Of a stretch of DNA of 64,000 bases, positions 26,301 through 40,673 are shown piece after piece. Position 1 is the first letter of the stretch. Every line of letters begins with the position of its first letter. This DNA comes from Phoronis australis. Lineage: Eukaryota; Animalia; Phoronida. The notes beneath the pieces were generated by a model. The model was not told the DNA's origin and did not search any database. It saw nothing but the letters and a program-made list of their open reading frames with translations. A program made the position numbers and the translations under genes. The DNA lies in NCBI GenBank assembly GCA_002633005.1, contig NMRA01000887.1, positions 1-64,000 on the forward strand. The letters run 5' to 3'.

Positions 26301-29300
26301 AACTCAAGCGGATTACCTTCTTGGCCATTATTATCTTGATGTCGTTATATACACAATTTGTTATTAGCTATTTTTCATAAAAGACGCATTTGACGCAAAA
26401 AGCAAATTGATTTCCGTTAAACCATGTGTTTCAATTATTACTATCTTTGTCTACAACTGCGCCCAGAATCTAGTCCACGCACTCAGAATCGACTCGGACT
26501 GAGACTTGAAATATAACCAATCATGTCCCATTGTTCGAGTAAAAATTACACCCCTTTTTGGCCGGTTTTGATTTCGATTTTGATTCGACTAAAAATGTGT
26601 TTACTCAAAGTGTGCCATGCAACTGGAAAATTGCCGAGGGGAGTTTCGAATACAAAGACTAGACCCCATTTTATCAAACGTCGAAAGTCCGTCTTTAGCT
26701 GAGACGATCTTAAATTCGATTTTAATTTACAAGCAGTTCATCAGAGTGGCTTGTAAAAGCTGTCTTTAAGTCGGCATATGCAAAATAATCAGCTAAACGT
26801 CAGTTGTAACGTTTAGCAGCATCGCATTAGCAACAAAGTCCCTGTGACTTTTCACGACCAGGCGTGCGACCAAAGATGAAAGGGATCCCTGGTGATTTCT
26901 AAGTTATCCTCGTCCGAATCACAATTATGTGATACCTTACAGATTGCACTTTCCTAACAAGTCACTTTTAACTGAAAAGCACCATTAACAAAAAAGAAAC
27001 CAGTCCTATGTCTTATTAGGCAGTGGGCCGTAGCTCCAGTCTTTTCACCCTGTGACCATGTCAGGGTGCAACATTGTTTTCCCTGTGTGGCTTGATATAT
27101 CTTTAAGCGTTTGATACTTGAAATGTCCCCGCTTTTTAAGTTGCACATATTTTTTATATGACAGCGGGCTTTTATACCGAGTGCCCTCACGTGACATTTT
27201 AGCAAGAGGTGACGCTGCATGCTGCCTCTTTAGCCACATGCTCAGAAATTCAGAAAGAGCACAAGCTCATATTCATAACATTAACATGCTAACTAAAATT
27301 GAAACTTGTTCTCAGGGAAATATTGAGCTTTCTTGTTCTGTTGATGTCTATCACAAACACTGCAAGCACAAACGAGCATTTCTAAAATTTAGGTTTAAGT
27401 GTGTTACTTGCTAGAGTTTTCACAACAATGATTTTTGTTGTTTGTTAGTCGTTGCAAAATTGTTACGTTTGCCAATAAATATATATTTTGACTTTGTCAA
27501 TGTTTGTATTTTTTAAACAAAAGCATCTGCTCCTGAGAAGCATTTGATATAGTACGAAATATTCAACAATGACGGTCGTTCTAGGTTTGTAGGTAAAAGT
27601 CGCAGTGGCGGACTTTGTAGTCTCATATAGGCTAGATCTCTTGCTAATCCATCGTCTTATCTATATTTACAAGCCAAAATGTGTCGAAGATGAAACAAGA
27701 TACAACTGACTGTCATCCGTGACTAATAACAGAGACCGTGAAGAGGGAGACAAATCTCTCGGCGAAATGACGGGACAGCCAGTGGCGCAGCGTTCAGAGC
27801 GGGCGTGTGAGCGACAGCGCTGCAAATATGGTGGACACTTACAGTGTATGACAATGACACTGAGACAAGACGTACTACCGCACTTCCCCTGAGCACACGC
27901 CCTCAAGGCATCGCTACGGTTCATGAAACAATAATGACTTTGGCTAATGTGATTAGTCTCCCTACCTTTCATCTTTGCTAAAAATACTAACCCAGCCAAG
28001 GAGGCACAGCGGGGCCATGGGCCATGCACAGTAAGACTGATTTATGTTTTGCAATTTTAGGGTTGCAGTAAAAAGTGCTCATTCGTATACACTGTGTAAC
28101 ACTTGATGTAAATCGAATTGTGAAAAAGTTCCCCATAAAGTTCATGGATATGTAAATCTTAGACCGAGGTGGAAATACACTGAGATCGCAAACATTTTTA
28201 AGTCTGCTCTACACGCCACCGGTCGGGGCAGAAATCTTCTCAGGTTGATATTGGCGTTTACGTTCTTTACAAAAATGAATGAAAGTTCTGGAATTGAAAC
28301 GGTGAGTTTTATAACCATATTATTTGTGTAACTTGAACCACAGTTTTTGAGAGGTAAGTGCTTCCCAATTACACTTTGAAAATGTTTCAAACGTTTATTA
28401 AACTAACTATCAGCATTTTCACTTTGGTGATAGATTTCTGTGTACAACTTTAACACCAATATTAAATTGCTTTGGAATGGTACTTCCAAATTTCACCACC
28501 AGAATGCAGAAAGTTGTCTTCAATTTAAAATTATATTTTAATGTGAAAAAAATAAAAATGTTTTCGCTTTTATAACTTTTTTCAGCCAATGGAAATATCA
28601 CTGACAGCATCACGCCTTACGAACATCTACTTTCATTGTTTTTTTCAATACGTTCTACTCCGTGGAAAATTTGCAAATTTCGCCATATCGCTTACAAGTC
28701 AAACTTTATGGAAATTGGCAAGTTTAAACATGATGACTTTTTTATTTTCATAAAATACAATAGTTTGGGGTAAAAAACAACATAACGAAATTGCCTTTTA
28801 CCGGAATCCGCGACTTTGCAACTAATGAATTATGCAGTGTAGACTGCGTTTCGTAAGCGCAAGCGAAGAGTTGATAGTAGTGAGGACTACCTTAGCCTGA
28901 CACAATTCTCGTATGATTCATTGATGCGGACGATTATAGCCTAAATCAATCACTGAGGATTCACGATTGTCCTCATTACAGCTGGCATCGTTCCTAAGTT
29001 GTCATAAATTGTTGCTATGTCAGAAAGTAATGGAATGGTGGTGAAGTTTAAGGGGATTTTAAAATGTTTGACAGAAATTGGCATGGCCTGTAGTAATGAA
29101 TTGTGTAAAAAGTACTTGTATAAGTATTGGGACATAAATCAAATTATGCGCAGCACGAGTACCTGGCTGCGAATTATACCTAACACTAAAGTACATGTAT
29201 ACAGAATTTATGTCAAACATAATTCCCATTTGTGTCGCGCTTGACTAACGATGGATCGAAGTTTCAGTATAGGTCAGTGAATATCATTCTGAGGATAGTT

Positions 29301-31232
29301 ACTCCCGTCTTTCCTTACCGCTGTTCCCTATGAGTGAAAACTACATCTGTGATCTGTCCGTAACACTAAATCATCAATTGTGGTTATAATAACTTCTCAA
29401 AATAGCATCATAAGTGCAAAGTTGGCTGAAATTATTGTGTATGCATATGAGCTTCCGACGACAGGTTGAGTGTGGAATCTTTCTCTTAGTGTCCCTGTGC
29501 TGTATTAGATCCGAATTTCCATGACAACGACTTATCTTGTCAGTTGATGTCTTTCTATTTTCAGTACTGCAAAATACTAAATTTTCCTAATGTGATAGCA
29601 AGAAATTAAAGTGCAACAAATCACGATTGTTCGGATGTAAAAAACGCTGGATTCTTTCAAATGAAATAGGACACCGGAATTATGTAACAGGAAGTAGCCT
29701 TCGAAAGCCTGAACAACGCCAACAACACTGGAGTCTAAAAAATTAAAACAATTTGTTCATTTCAAAATAAAATAACAACAAAACCAAAACTCGTGTCTTC
29801 CGGAATTCAACCCATTCGGTATTTCTTTCCTTTTCTTTTTTTTTTCTTTTGGACACGAAACTGTAACTATTCAAGAGAAAGAAGTGCTGCATTTCTCCGG
29901 TTAATCCAACTGCTCTCCTGCATTGGAGATATATTTTGCTACTATATTAGAGCTACGACTCGGTCAACAGTTTTGCAGTTATCTTTTTGCCAATTCAGAA
30001 CATGGGACTTACTATTTTAATCAGACTGAAATAAGCGCGTCGTTATTACAGACGTCTGCTTCGTCAACCGCATCAAACGCCATAAGAAAGGCAATACATG
30101 AGAAAAGAGTTCGGAATTGGGTATTTATTCGATTAATGAGAACTAACAACTGTGTGAATGAGAATAGTGGGTGTTGAATAATGTCCACTCTGAACCGACT
30201 CCAGTTTATAGGTTTTCACTGGTAACTACAGTTCCATGTAGTAGTTACGAAACTAGAAAAACTTCTCGAACTAGATCATCCAGGGAATTACTGGCTGGTT
30301 CTCCTCCTGAATGCTAAATAATGTAACAAAAATGTTTAGCAAGGGACACGCGAGTCGATTCTTAGACACATAAAATTTCTGTAAATAGCTATTTTCAGAT
30401 AAACTGGAGAAGGTAATTATACCCTAGAACACACCTAATTAATGCCTAAATTGTGCAAATCACCTTGTTACGTGAGCTGATTGCAATACCCAAAGTCAGG
30501 TGGTGAAAAAAGTAGTCAGTATCTGAGGAGATCAAAATGTTCAACAGAGGGACGAGAATAATCGCCAAAAGTGTCAAATAGTGGAAACATACGAGTTTTT
30601 TTTTTTTGAAGCTATCGCGGAAAGAATCCTAGGTTGACACCCTCACCGGTCGAGATTACGCAACTGGACTGGTATGCGTACCTTGAAATCTGCCGGCATT
30701 GACCAAAGACATTATACTGTTGTAGTTAATTGTATCGCCTCAGGCTGCTGTCATCGTTTTCTACATAATCAGACCAGTCATGAACCTACTTCGGTCGACA
30801 ATAGTAGTTTTAAATTTTCGAAAGTTTTATAATTAGGATTTTTGAATAGTTCGTGAAAAGTACACTTGATTAGATTTTTGAATTTTGAAAATCGGACAGG
30901 AAATGAACGTGACTTTTACAACCTAAAACCGTGTCATCGTACCATGCTTGGCATGGCTAGTGCACGTAGCGATCCGCATGCGCAGACCCTTGTGCACTGT
31001 CATGTGTGAATAGCGTTGTTAAACTGCCACGAGAAACTTGGCAACAGTAGTCCCTAGTGGGTAATGGTGGAATATAAGATGCTCGTGTTTTGAGAACTAG
31101 TTTTATATGTGCTAACTGCGAAGCGAGACCGAAGCTAGTTTACAGTGAAAAAACACGCGAGGGTGAGATAAAAGGTCGTATATGATTATGACAAACTAAA
31201 CTACTACAGATATGGATAAATACAAAAGTTAT

Positions 31233-32042
31233 ATACCGTCAGAGGTCCTAAAGTCGTGAGTGTCCTAAAGTCGTGAACGATCTTATTTCCTCTTCTGCGC
31301 GGTCCCGCGACATCTGGCGTTGAAGTTTCCAGCGTTCGTCTGCTTGAGAACTTCAAACGAACACCCGGATGTGTTGGTATTCACAATATGATAACAAACA
31401 GTGAGTGAGTGGCTTCTTTTTAAAAAATGTATCATAAAAACAGCATATTTCACTAATCCACTTTTTGTGCATTTTTGGGATATATTTTCGAAAATATTCA
31501 TCGTTCAGATTTACTCAAACACGAGCTCCAGGGGTAGTTTGAACAATGTATCAAAATGTCCCAGGGTCGATAAAGTTTTGTAAGGCCAAAGCAATAACAT
31601 GCAGAAAGATAATTGATGCTGGGTCCTTAGCGTTTTACGTGAACAAACTCATTGAAAACGTCTGTGCACATCAAAGTTCGGTGCAAAACATATAACAATT
31701 TATTTCAATTGCAACTGATTTAATAAACAATGCAATGCATTTTTATGTCATCTAGAGTAACTGTACGCACTGTAGTTGACTTGTGTGGTCTTACCTCGTG
31801 TATTTCCGTCTAACCGAAACGGTCACGACTTTAGGGCCTCATTCAAAATGGCCGGCGATATCAGCGACCGTTTCAAAACTCTGCTTACGGAGACAAACAA
31901 GGATTAAGATTATCAAAAGACATATAGTTGTGAAGGTTAATATATGTCCATGACATCACATGAGTAGTTGCTAACGAGTATTGGGTAGTATGACAATCAG
32001 CACTTATTATGCTTATATTCACGACTTTAGGTCACCCGGTGT
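31233..32042. mobile_element. Non-autonomous DNA transposon with repeated cctaaagtcgtga subterminal motifs
   Basis: Two direct copies at ~31247 and ~31264; inverted copies tcacgactttagg at ~31823 and ~32019. Confidence 0.55.
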
Positions 32043-32609
32043 GTCTAATATGATGAGCTGTAAAGGTGGGTGACAGTCTGCAACAGATGCAACAGAAGGA
32101 CGCATACGCCCACCCAAGGGAGACCGAGCGAGGCTGACAAAAGTATTTTGAGTAAAGGGGGCCAAAACGGTGACGAAAATAAGAAAAAATACTAACATGG
32201 AGAGGAATAACTGGTCGGCACGACAATGAAAAAATTATATAGCGACACAACAAGGTGTCGAAACCATAGCAACTGAAAACTAAGAGGAATTATATAGATA
32301 ACAACCAAGGAATATACATTAGGTAACATACATAACCGACAAAAAGTATACTGTATACACAGGTATACGTAAACAGAAACTGACAAGTATAGACAGAAAT
32401 ACATACAGATAAGTAATAGCAAACGGAGGTACTGTTAACTACAAACCTAGATAAACTTGTGGTAAAAATGCTAATTAGAGAATAACCAGCGATAGGGCAT
32501 GAGGTAGACCAACAACAATTGTAAAAGGGACTGGAAAGAGTACCCGGAAGGGAGGACCCAGAAAAGAATAGTGGAAAGGCTCGACAATGAAAATGGAGAG
32601 TGAGTGAGA

Positions 32610-32790
32610 CAGGACACTAGAAATACAGGCGCCTAGGGTGAAAAATGGGGGTGACTGAAAAGGACGCTAGCAATACAGTTGCCCATAGAAAAACAAATGT
32701 GGGGTAGGGGCGGGAGACACTGCCGATACAGCAACTCCCCGGGATGAAGATGGGTAGTGAACGGGACACTGGCAATACAGTTGCCCCTTT
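32610..32790. repeat. Four degenerate units (ggacactggcaatacagttgccc) at a period of about 50 bp
   Basis: Copies near 32612, 32662, 32715 and 32764, separated by purine-rich spacers. Confidence 0.6.
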
Positions 32791-35700
32791 GATGAACGAG
32801 GGTTGGTGAGTGAGATAATTTTCTCCTGTGAATATTGGGCATCAAACTGGTTCTCGAAATTCGGACACGTTTTATCAGGCTATTGACTTGTACTTTACGT
32901 TCTTATCCCGTCATATTGGTGTAATCTACGAGTCCGTTCCAAAGATTGTCAAAATGAAGATAAAACGTAAGTCAAGAACTTTAGTCAAACTTAAGAACTC
33001 TTTCTTGATACGGACTTGTGACAAATTTAAGCTTCATCTCAAAATTGACTGAAATTTAAGATTTATCTTGCCTTAGTCAGTTTTCTTTGAACGGGCCTCC
33101 AGACAATAAAGTAAAGTTTAACCTTCAATACATAAAACTCTTCAAAAAAGTTCAAAAACCCTTAAATCCCTTCATAGTGCTATGCAAATAATGTCGATTC
33201 AACGACCTGAAACTTGTGCATGAAACCTTCATATTATCTTATTTGTATTATTTATTTCATTTACAACGGTTTTAATTACTCAGCTTTGTATGTCTTGATA
33301 AACCCCGGCCAGTATAAGGCTGCATGGTATTTATATCTCGGCCTTACAATGAGTGCTTGCTTAACTGGATACCACTCTCGAGCTTAGGGAAAACGGACCC
33401 TCGTAATTTCTATTAACAAGGTTCTTCACATTATACCGTGCATATATTTGTAAGTGACGAATATACGCTCTGATATTCGGTTGTATCGATACTCGACAAT
33501 TCCCGGGACATTTACCTTGCGAGGATGAACTCACAACTTTGTCGATGTGTGATTGTCCGCACAGTTTATTGTTGAAAATTTACTTTAGTTAATTTCTTTG
33601 TGTCCATTTCCTAAGAAATTGGGGAGGGTTTCAGGATACTTCGGTGAAAGCCCGTTATCCAGTGCCTTTCCGGACGTTCCTTCGAATTTTTGCAGGGTAC
33701 GTTGAGTCTTACTTTTTGCGTATCGGTTTTAAAGTTGACGGGTAAGTTATTACACATATCTGTTTGGAATTTCACGTGTTGTTTTATAACGTAGAAAATA
33801 AAATTCTGAAACTAAATAAGGCGATCCAGATCCTCCCAAGGATACTATTGTTTCACAAAATGTAGAATATAAATAGGTAAATAAAACAACAAGAATGGAT
33901 CAACTGAAATTTTCGGATGTAATAACGTCCTTTGTCAACAGAAACAGAAATGTTTTGGCAAAAAGCTTACCGAGAGACATATATCCACGTTTGACACAAA
34001 TGCACGCAAAATACATTATATAGCATACACTACATCAACCACGTCAAAAGGATACAAAAATACAGATAAATGACTGCAGACATTTAGCACACCGGTACTT
34101 ACCGATTTTAAGCCCTCAGACAGCCACGCAGTAAGTTAATTGCGACCGATTTTAAGCTTTGTTGTAATTACGCGACTTATGCGTAAATATTTAAACATTG
34201 GTAGGCGTAAAATGTGCGTTAGTCGAAATGTATACAAGCTAATCAGTGGGAATCAATCAAGGACATGTCATTTTCTTCTATTGTCAGAGAATAATGCAAA
34301 TCAGGCGTGAGATAAACCACAGAATTAGCACTAAATATTCGCCGGTTGAGAAGTCAATATTTCCAATCAATTGGCGCGGTGAGACCGTATTACTTAATCA
34401 GATAAATGGGTATTGCAAAAGTTCATAATGGTGGATGTATTCATTATAAATGAAATGAAATGAGAAAAATACAAGTGTTAGTGTTTTCCGTGCAATATAC
34501 AATGGGAAAACACCTGGGATGCGTCAGCATTTCTTTCTGGCGATCCTCGCATTGGAGGCTCTTACTATAACATCGTTTTTTCTCTTGACTGATCACAGCT
34601 CTGTTCCTTTTTACGAGAATAGGTGTTCATGAGAAAAGAATTGGAAAGAAAGGCATCACCTGAGCTAAAGCCTTGTTCAGAGAACATTTGAATGATTTCA
34701 GTGAAACGCTGCACTCTTTGTGAGCGTCGGAGACTTGTTAACCCACTGAAGCGTATTTTAAAGACCTTATTTGAAGAGGCAATTCTACTTCAAACACTTG
34801 AAATATATACCATAATAAATAATATGAAATATGCTACAACGTTTCCTCTTTTCTGTCATAAAATTATAAGCTTTTTAACACAATCAGAAAACCATCAACT
34901 ATTCACTCGTCTATTTTCGTGACCCCAATTCCTTGCCAAACAACGATTCGTGAATGCTCGTCATGTATATGCTATCTTTGGAAACGCAGAGATACCACCT
35001 GAGAGTAAAACGGGTGTTAGTGTATTTGGTTGTTTTTGATTCACATTTTGATTCATGTTTTACGCAATTCTGTTGTATGCTGTCCAAATGTTTTTAGCCA
35101 TTTTGGTTATGAAGTGTACCTACATGTATTGCCGCGGCTACCGACAACGCGCTTTTTAAGTTCGCTTAGCAACAAACCGACATCGGCATTGCTGCCAATT
35201 AAAACTGTAAAACGACAAATAAAACGTTGATATTTCAGCAAACAAACACATTTTTTAACTCAAAACGGTACGATCCTTACCTGAATTGTAGTAACGCGCA
35301 CCCGTGTTCGCAGATTTTTACTACCCAGCCACCGCAGGGTCCAAGTCTCCGAGAGTTGTTACGAGTCACGAGTCAATTATTGCACTAACATGCTCACGTG
35401 AAAAGGTTTACTGTCAATATTCACCGTTGCCTAAGAATAAAAGCTCAAGTTTAATTAATTAAAAACGCAAACTGGTCAAAAGGTGGCGCTTAACAGGAAC
35501 GAGTGTTTTAAGCTGTAGTTTATTTTCTGAATATGTGCGATGGGAAACCTTTGTAGCTTCAGGAGCATGTCACAATAAGTTTTTTTTAATTTCTTGGTTT
35601 CACTAATTTCAACTTTTCAATGCAGGGAACTAAGTGTCCGTCTCACGCGGAACCGAATTTTCCGCCAGTGTGAAGCTGGAAATTGGGGCGATAAAATATT

Positions 35701-38489
35701 CCTTATATTTTTAATCGCATTAATAATTTAACTCTGATATTTGTCCATATATCAAGTATTCTCTCTGAAGATACTTCGCCAGCAGTTGCATTCGAAGAAA
35801 TTGGTAGCCGGGCATTTTTCAAACTAACTCGGCCAAAGTCGTGACCGGAGGCTCCGCTGGATATTTGAAAATCTATTTACAGATCCCAATTGTTTTCAGC
35901 GTTCAGTATTTATGTCTACAATTGATAAAAGTTCGCTCGTCACTACCTACAGCACTAAACTTGGATGATTTTGTCCAGCTAAGACAGTGTCGGTCTTAGT
36001 CTGATGTCATTTTCGCCTTCCGGGCCGCTGACTGAGGCATCATAGTTTTCCAAGTCAAATTTCTATTTTTCAATATTTTCGCCAATAGACTGAATAGAGA
36101 AAGCTATTATTCGTAAGTCTACAAGGGAACATTACAAGGGCCACGTATCATATGCTTACGGATGATCACCCACGACAGATCATAGTGGTGATGTCGAAAA
36201 AGGAAAGACTAAAGAGAATCACTGAGATTCTAAGCTTGACATGTGTAAATATATGTGCACGTACTTGCCCTGTATAGGGTTTTGTCAGGCTTCAGCGTAC
36301 ATTAGGTGTACTTGGCTTTTCTTTATTACTTAGATGAGCCGTAGTAGAAGTTTAAGCCGGCGTAAATTAGTATGTACGCTTGACATTTCTGCACCACATA
36401 AAAGAGCAATTGGAGGTTGTGTCGTCATCGTAGTGGGGCCATTTTTGGATCTCTTTGTTCCAGAAAAAAGTTGTGAAATGGCCAGAATCCAATGATTATG
36501 GACAATCACTTCCACAAGGGAGTAGGACCCGTCAGCGCTTCTGGAGTTGGAAGTGTGACACTGCGATTGAAGATTCGTCTTCTTCTCACAGCTTCTTGTC
36601 ACAGTCTATATAGAACTGCATCTTTTCAATGAGCTTCATCGTTTTCTGAATTCCCTTTACATGGACGATGAGGACGCGTGGAAATGACGGTAGCTTGGTC
36701 TGGCTTGCATGTGGTTGTTGGTCAGGTCTGTTTGGCCTTTCAGACGACATGCTTGGAATGAAGAAGTGTTGGCAGCCAGTGCTTTACGTCTGACAAATTC
36801 ATTCATCATGTCAAAGATGTTCGGTAGTTGACTTTGTCTAGAAGCAAGAAAAAGATGTTTTGGTTCCCATTAAGATATAGTCTAAGACCATCGAAGCTGG
36901 AATTTAGAGTCGCCGCCACGGTGTCGTTTCCATCCTCTGGAGAGTGACAGAATTCATCGTTCGAATTATGCGCGGGGGATTTCCATTCTCTTGCCGTTTG
37001 AGGGTCGTTACATTCTGAATAGTAATGTTGGAAGAAAAGAAAGAAAATATTGTCGTCTCATTGATTTTAAGAAGCTAGAATATGTCATTTTAGTCTGAAA
37101 GAGGCGCCAATTTTATGTTGACAAATCACTGCAGTAGTTTTCGTGTTTCAAAATAAATTGGACGAAGGTCGAAACTCGTCGAAGTCTCGACGCGCTAGGC
37201 GTGAAATACATCCATTTATTTGCGCTTAGGATCCATTGCAATTATGGTTTTAACCACAAAAATCACGACGAAATGTTGACAAATTTCTGTACAGCACGTC
37301 CTTCAAAATCGCGACAACTTACCTTGCAACTCCGTTCACATATAAGCGATAAGCAGCCAGGGGCCATAACGTGAAATTAAAATATTCCACTAAAATGCTA
37401 TTTTATTACTAATGTGCCCAATAATTCAAGCAAGACGTTTAACAAAGTTCGGCAGGGTCTGACACAGTTCTGTCGAAGAAGTAAGGATGTTTTTGCAAAG
37501 AATTGACAAGTTGTTATTCGTTGAGACCATGCTCGGCACATACAACGATTCCACTGTGACAAGTCAGACTTTAGGTTGTGATCTCAAGCAATAACTGACC
37601 CGCAGTTCCCTTGAAGCTCTGACATTACCTCCAATTTGAGTGAGGAACAATTTGATATCAGTTTCCTTACCGTAAGCGGTCTAAGTCAAAAGTTGCTTTG
37701 TGCCAGAAGGCGGCTTTATAGACATTACAGCCCGTTCTAGCGGTAGATCGTCTGTATCCACCGCGGGCATTGGCGAATGGGGCACACTGCATGTGCAAGC
37801 TGCCAGAACGCGTGTACAGAGGTAGTGACACGTCCGATGACGAAAAGCAACGTGGGCTCGCTAAACGACACTACCCGCCAGGAATGTTAACGAAAACGCC
37901 CGAGAACGGAAGTGAATGTACTCGTTCCATGACAAGAATTTGCAATAATACTTGGCTTTCCTCAATTTCCAACTGATGGTTTATGTCCTTAATAATTGGT
38001 CATTATGTTGTGCGTCCTGTAGAATTGATGACGCAGAATGATGGCTGTGGACTACTTTCTAGTTTTAGATTACAAGAGTCACATTTCATGTCCGATTTTC
38101 AAAATTCAAGGACCCAACCACGTGTCCGTTTCACAAACTAATCCAAATATGATACTTGAAAATTTTCAAATTGAAAGAAAAAATACTATCGTCACAGCCA
38201 GTGTTTACAGCCGTGTTTATAATTGGTCTGATTACCAAAATTAATCTTAAAATCATCAGCTGAATCTGTATGGTTTCTTTGAATATAGCGGCGGATTTTA
38301 AGGTTAGTGAATCGGTCGACCAGTGAAGGTCTTGGAGTAACATTCTTTTCACGTGTTCGTGAAAACCAGTTGCACTACATGTAGCAATTAACAGTACAAG
38401 TCTTGTCCATTTTTGACACCTTTTCACAATAGTTTGTGCTTCCACATAAATTTTGTAGACTTTTTGCAAAAGCTTAAATATAATGAACT

Positions 38490-38801
38490 TGGAAAATAAA
38501 AACAACGCTAGAGTGCACCGTGAAGAAGACGTTTCGATATTAATCAAATATCATCATCTGGTACAATCGTAGACAGGAAACGAAATAGCGTAAAGGAAAG
38601 TTCACTTCACATCACAATGCATGGCACAAGATCTGTCATCTAAAAGTCTACCACAGCTCCAACATATATGCTCCTACATGCTGGAGTTGTGGTAGAGTTT
38701 TTAGTTGTACTGACAGATCTTGTGCCATGCATTGCGATGTGAAGTGAACAATCGTCATTCTGTTACGATATTTTGTTTTCTGTCTACTACTGTACCTGAT
38801 A

Positions 38802-38853
<52 letters not shown>

Positions 38854-38929
38854 GGATGATGATGATGATATTTGATTAACATCGAAACGTCGTTTTCATG
38901 GTGCACTCTTGCGTCGGTTTTGTTTTCCA
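38490..38929. mobile_element. Foldback (palindromic) MITE with a (GAT)n expansion in the right arm
   Basis: Arms such as gttcacttcacatcacaatgcatggcacaagatctgtca and tgacagatcttgtgccatgcattgcgatgtgaagtgaac, centred near 38675. The (GAT)n at ~38798-38870 corresponds to a short atcatcatc in the left arm. Confidence 0.85.
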
Positions 38930-39182
38930 CTTCTTACTTCTAATAATTTCTTGAGTTTTTGAATGGTGTCACCTAAAAGAAAATTGATCAAGATGCTAAA
39001 ATTCCACTGGCCATAAAACAACTAGCTCAGATTACGATAGCTACCCGTACCTTACATGACAGTGACACCACCTACCGAGTGGAATAGCATATTATAGATG
39101 AAATCCACAGTAGGCCTAATGTTGAAGTACTGAACTTTTTCTAGCGGCATCGAGCATATCACAGATTACCCCGAGACATGAG

Positions 39183-39340
39183 CAGCGTCCGAAATACACG
39201 CTGGCCCGGTGTCCAGAGGGCCAGTGGATTTGCAGTCAGACCAGTAATTTTTAAAAGTTAACTTGGCACCTGGGCCAGTAAATTTTTAGACTAACTAGCC
39301 CTGTGGGCTAGCACATTTATTCGCTGAAGTTCGAACACTG
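39183..39340. mobile_element. hAT-type MITE
   Basis: TIRs cagcgtccgaaat and agttcgaacactg. 8-bp TSD gacatgag / gacattag. Confidence 0.75.
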
Positions 39341-40364
39341 GACATTAGAGTAACTAATTTAATGAGAAAATGGTCTGATGTGTAACAATTTATAGAAATA
39401 CAAAAATTACAATTACATGTGTTCACATGTACCACTCAGTTCTGATCACGGTTTTCAGGATTTTTTTCTGAAATCTCTCAAAACATTTCTGGTTTTGTCC
39501 ACTTTCTATTAAACGCCATACCGCACGAACCTAGCTCTAAGCCAGCAGTGAACCGGGAGAGAATCGTGGACTTTGTGATAACCCTTTGACTCAATTGGTG
39601 ACTTCAAGTTACCTGCTAACCTACATTTTGTAAATTGTTATCGCATCAGGTGCATTTTACAAGATAAAATGCCAGTTTGAGTTAGTCAAGTAGCGTAGAA
39701 CACAAAGCGCTTTTGGTATCTTGGGAGAACGATGTTTGATACAAAAAACGATAAAATTCGAAGTGGATTGTAGTATTCTTTTAATTACACGCAAACAGTC
39801 CAATAAAACAGTGCAGTAGCATAATAAACGTAATACTAATTCAAATATGATCAACAGGTTACCACATATACACACAATGTAATTATGATTAGAAAGTCAG
39901 TGTGCATGCCTAGATCGGCTATTGAACTAAGCTGAGAATGAAGGGGAAAATTATCTCAGTGGCTTGCTCGTGGCGTATTATGACAAGACAAGCCGGTTTA
40001 AATGAATACTAGTAAAAGTTGACATCAAAATCAATGACATTTGAACTGTTAGCTTCAGTACGGCCCAGCGCGATAGTTGATTGGCTTTGTATTCGTTAAT
40101 TAGACGCCCTTACCTTGCGATGTCCTTGCCAGTCAACTAAAGCAGACTGTTTAACAGACGGTTAATCATGTCAAAAGATGTGTGTGTGTGTGTGTGTNGT
40201 GTTCGTTAGATTTGTTTGGTGTAGCAAATTCCTGAATATTTCTAGTCTCTTTACGTCGCGTTGGCACACAGGAGTCATGATGTTCGATTATTGATTGGAC
40301 AGATTGCGTGCTAAACGAACACACGACCGTCCGAGAGTATAGATTTAATAGTCGCACCTCTAAC

Positions 40365-40673
40365 TTAATCAAGAAAGGAAACGTAATTTGGGTTCATGTC
40401 CCCCGTAATAGGACTAATTCTTTTCTTCACCCAAGTTGGTACGTTTCCATATGGAAAACTCCAGGCGAAGCGCGAGTTAAACAGAATGGCGTAGAATAAG
40501 CACACGGATATGGACATTGACGTCACAGCCTGGGCAGCCGACATCAACGGAATCAGATTGTACACGCAGACCACGTGACAAGTAGTATCAAATATGGTGC
40601 CGACCACTTCAAGCGGTGCCCATGATTGCTTTGAAGGGCTTTCGAACCAGTCGAGGGAGCTCCAACTAATAAC
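40365..40673 (-). CDS. Uncharacterised multi-pass membrane protein, last coding exon
   Basis: Acceptor ttatttcag|GTT, phase 0. Reads VISWSSLDWFES...VGTIFDTTCHVVCV...CLFYAILFNSRFAWS...WVKKRISP...SFLD*. Joins in frame to 43317-43042. Confidence 0.75.
   Translation of the reverse strand, partial: VISWSSLDWFESPSKQSWAPLEVVGTIFDTTCHVVCVYNLIPLMSAAQAVTSMSISVCLFYAILFNSRFAWSFPYGNVPTWVKKRISPITGDMNPNYVSFLD

Noticed and set aside
32610-32790. CRISPR array
   Set aside because: Repeats are highly degenerate, no cas genes are present, and the context is eukaryotic.
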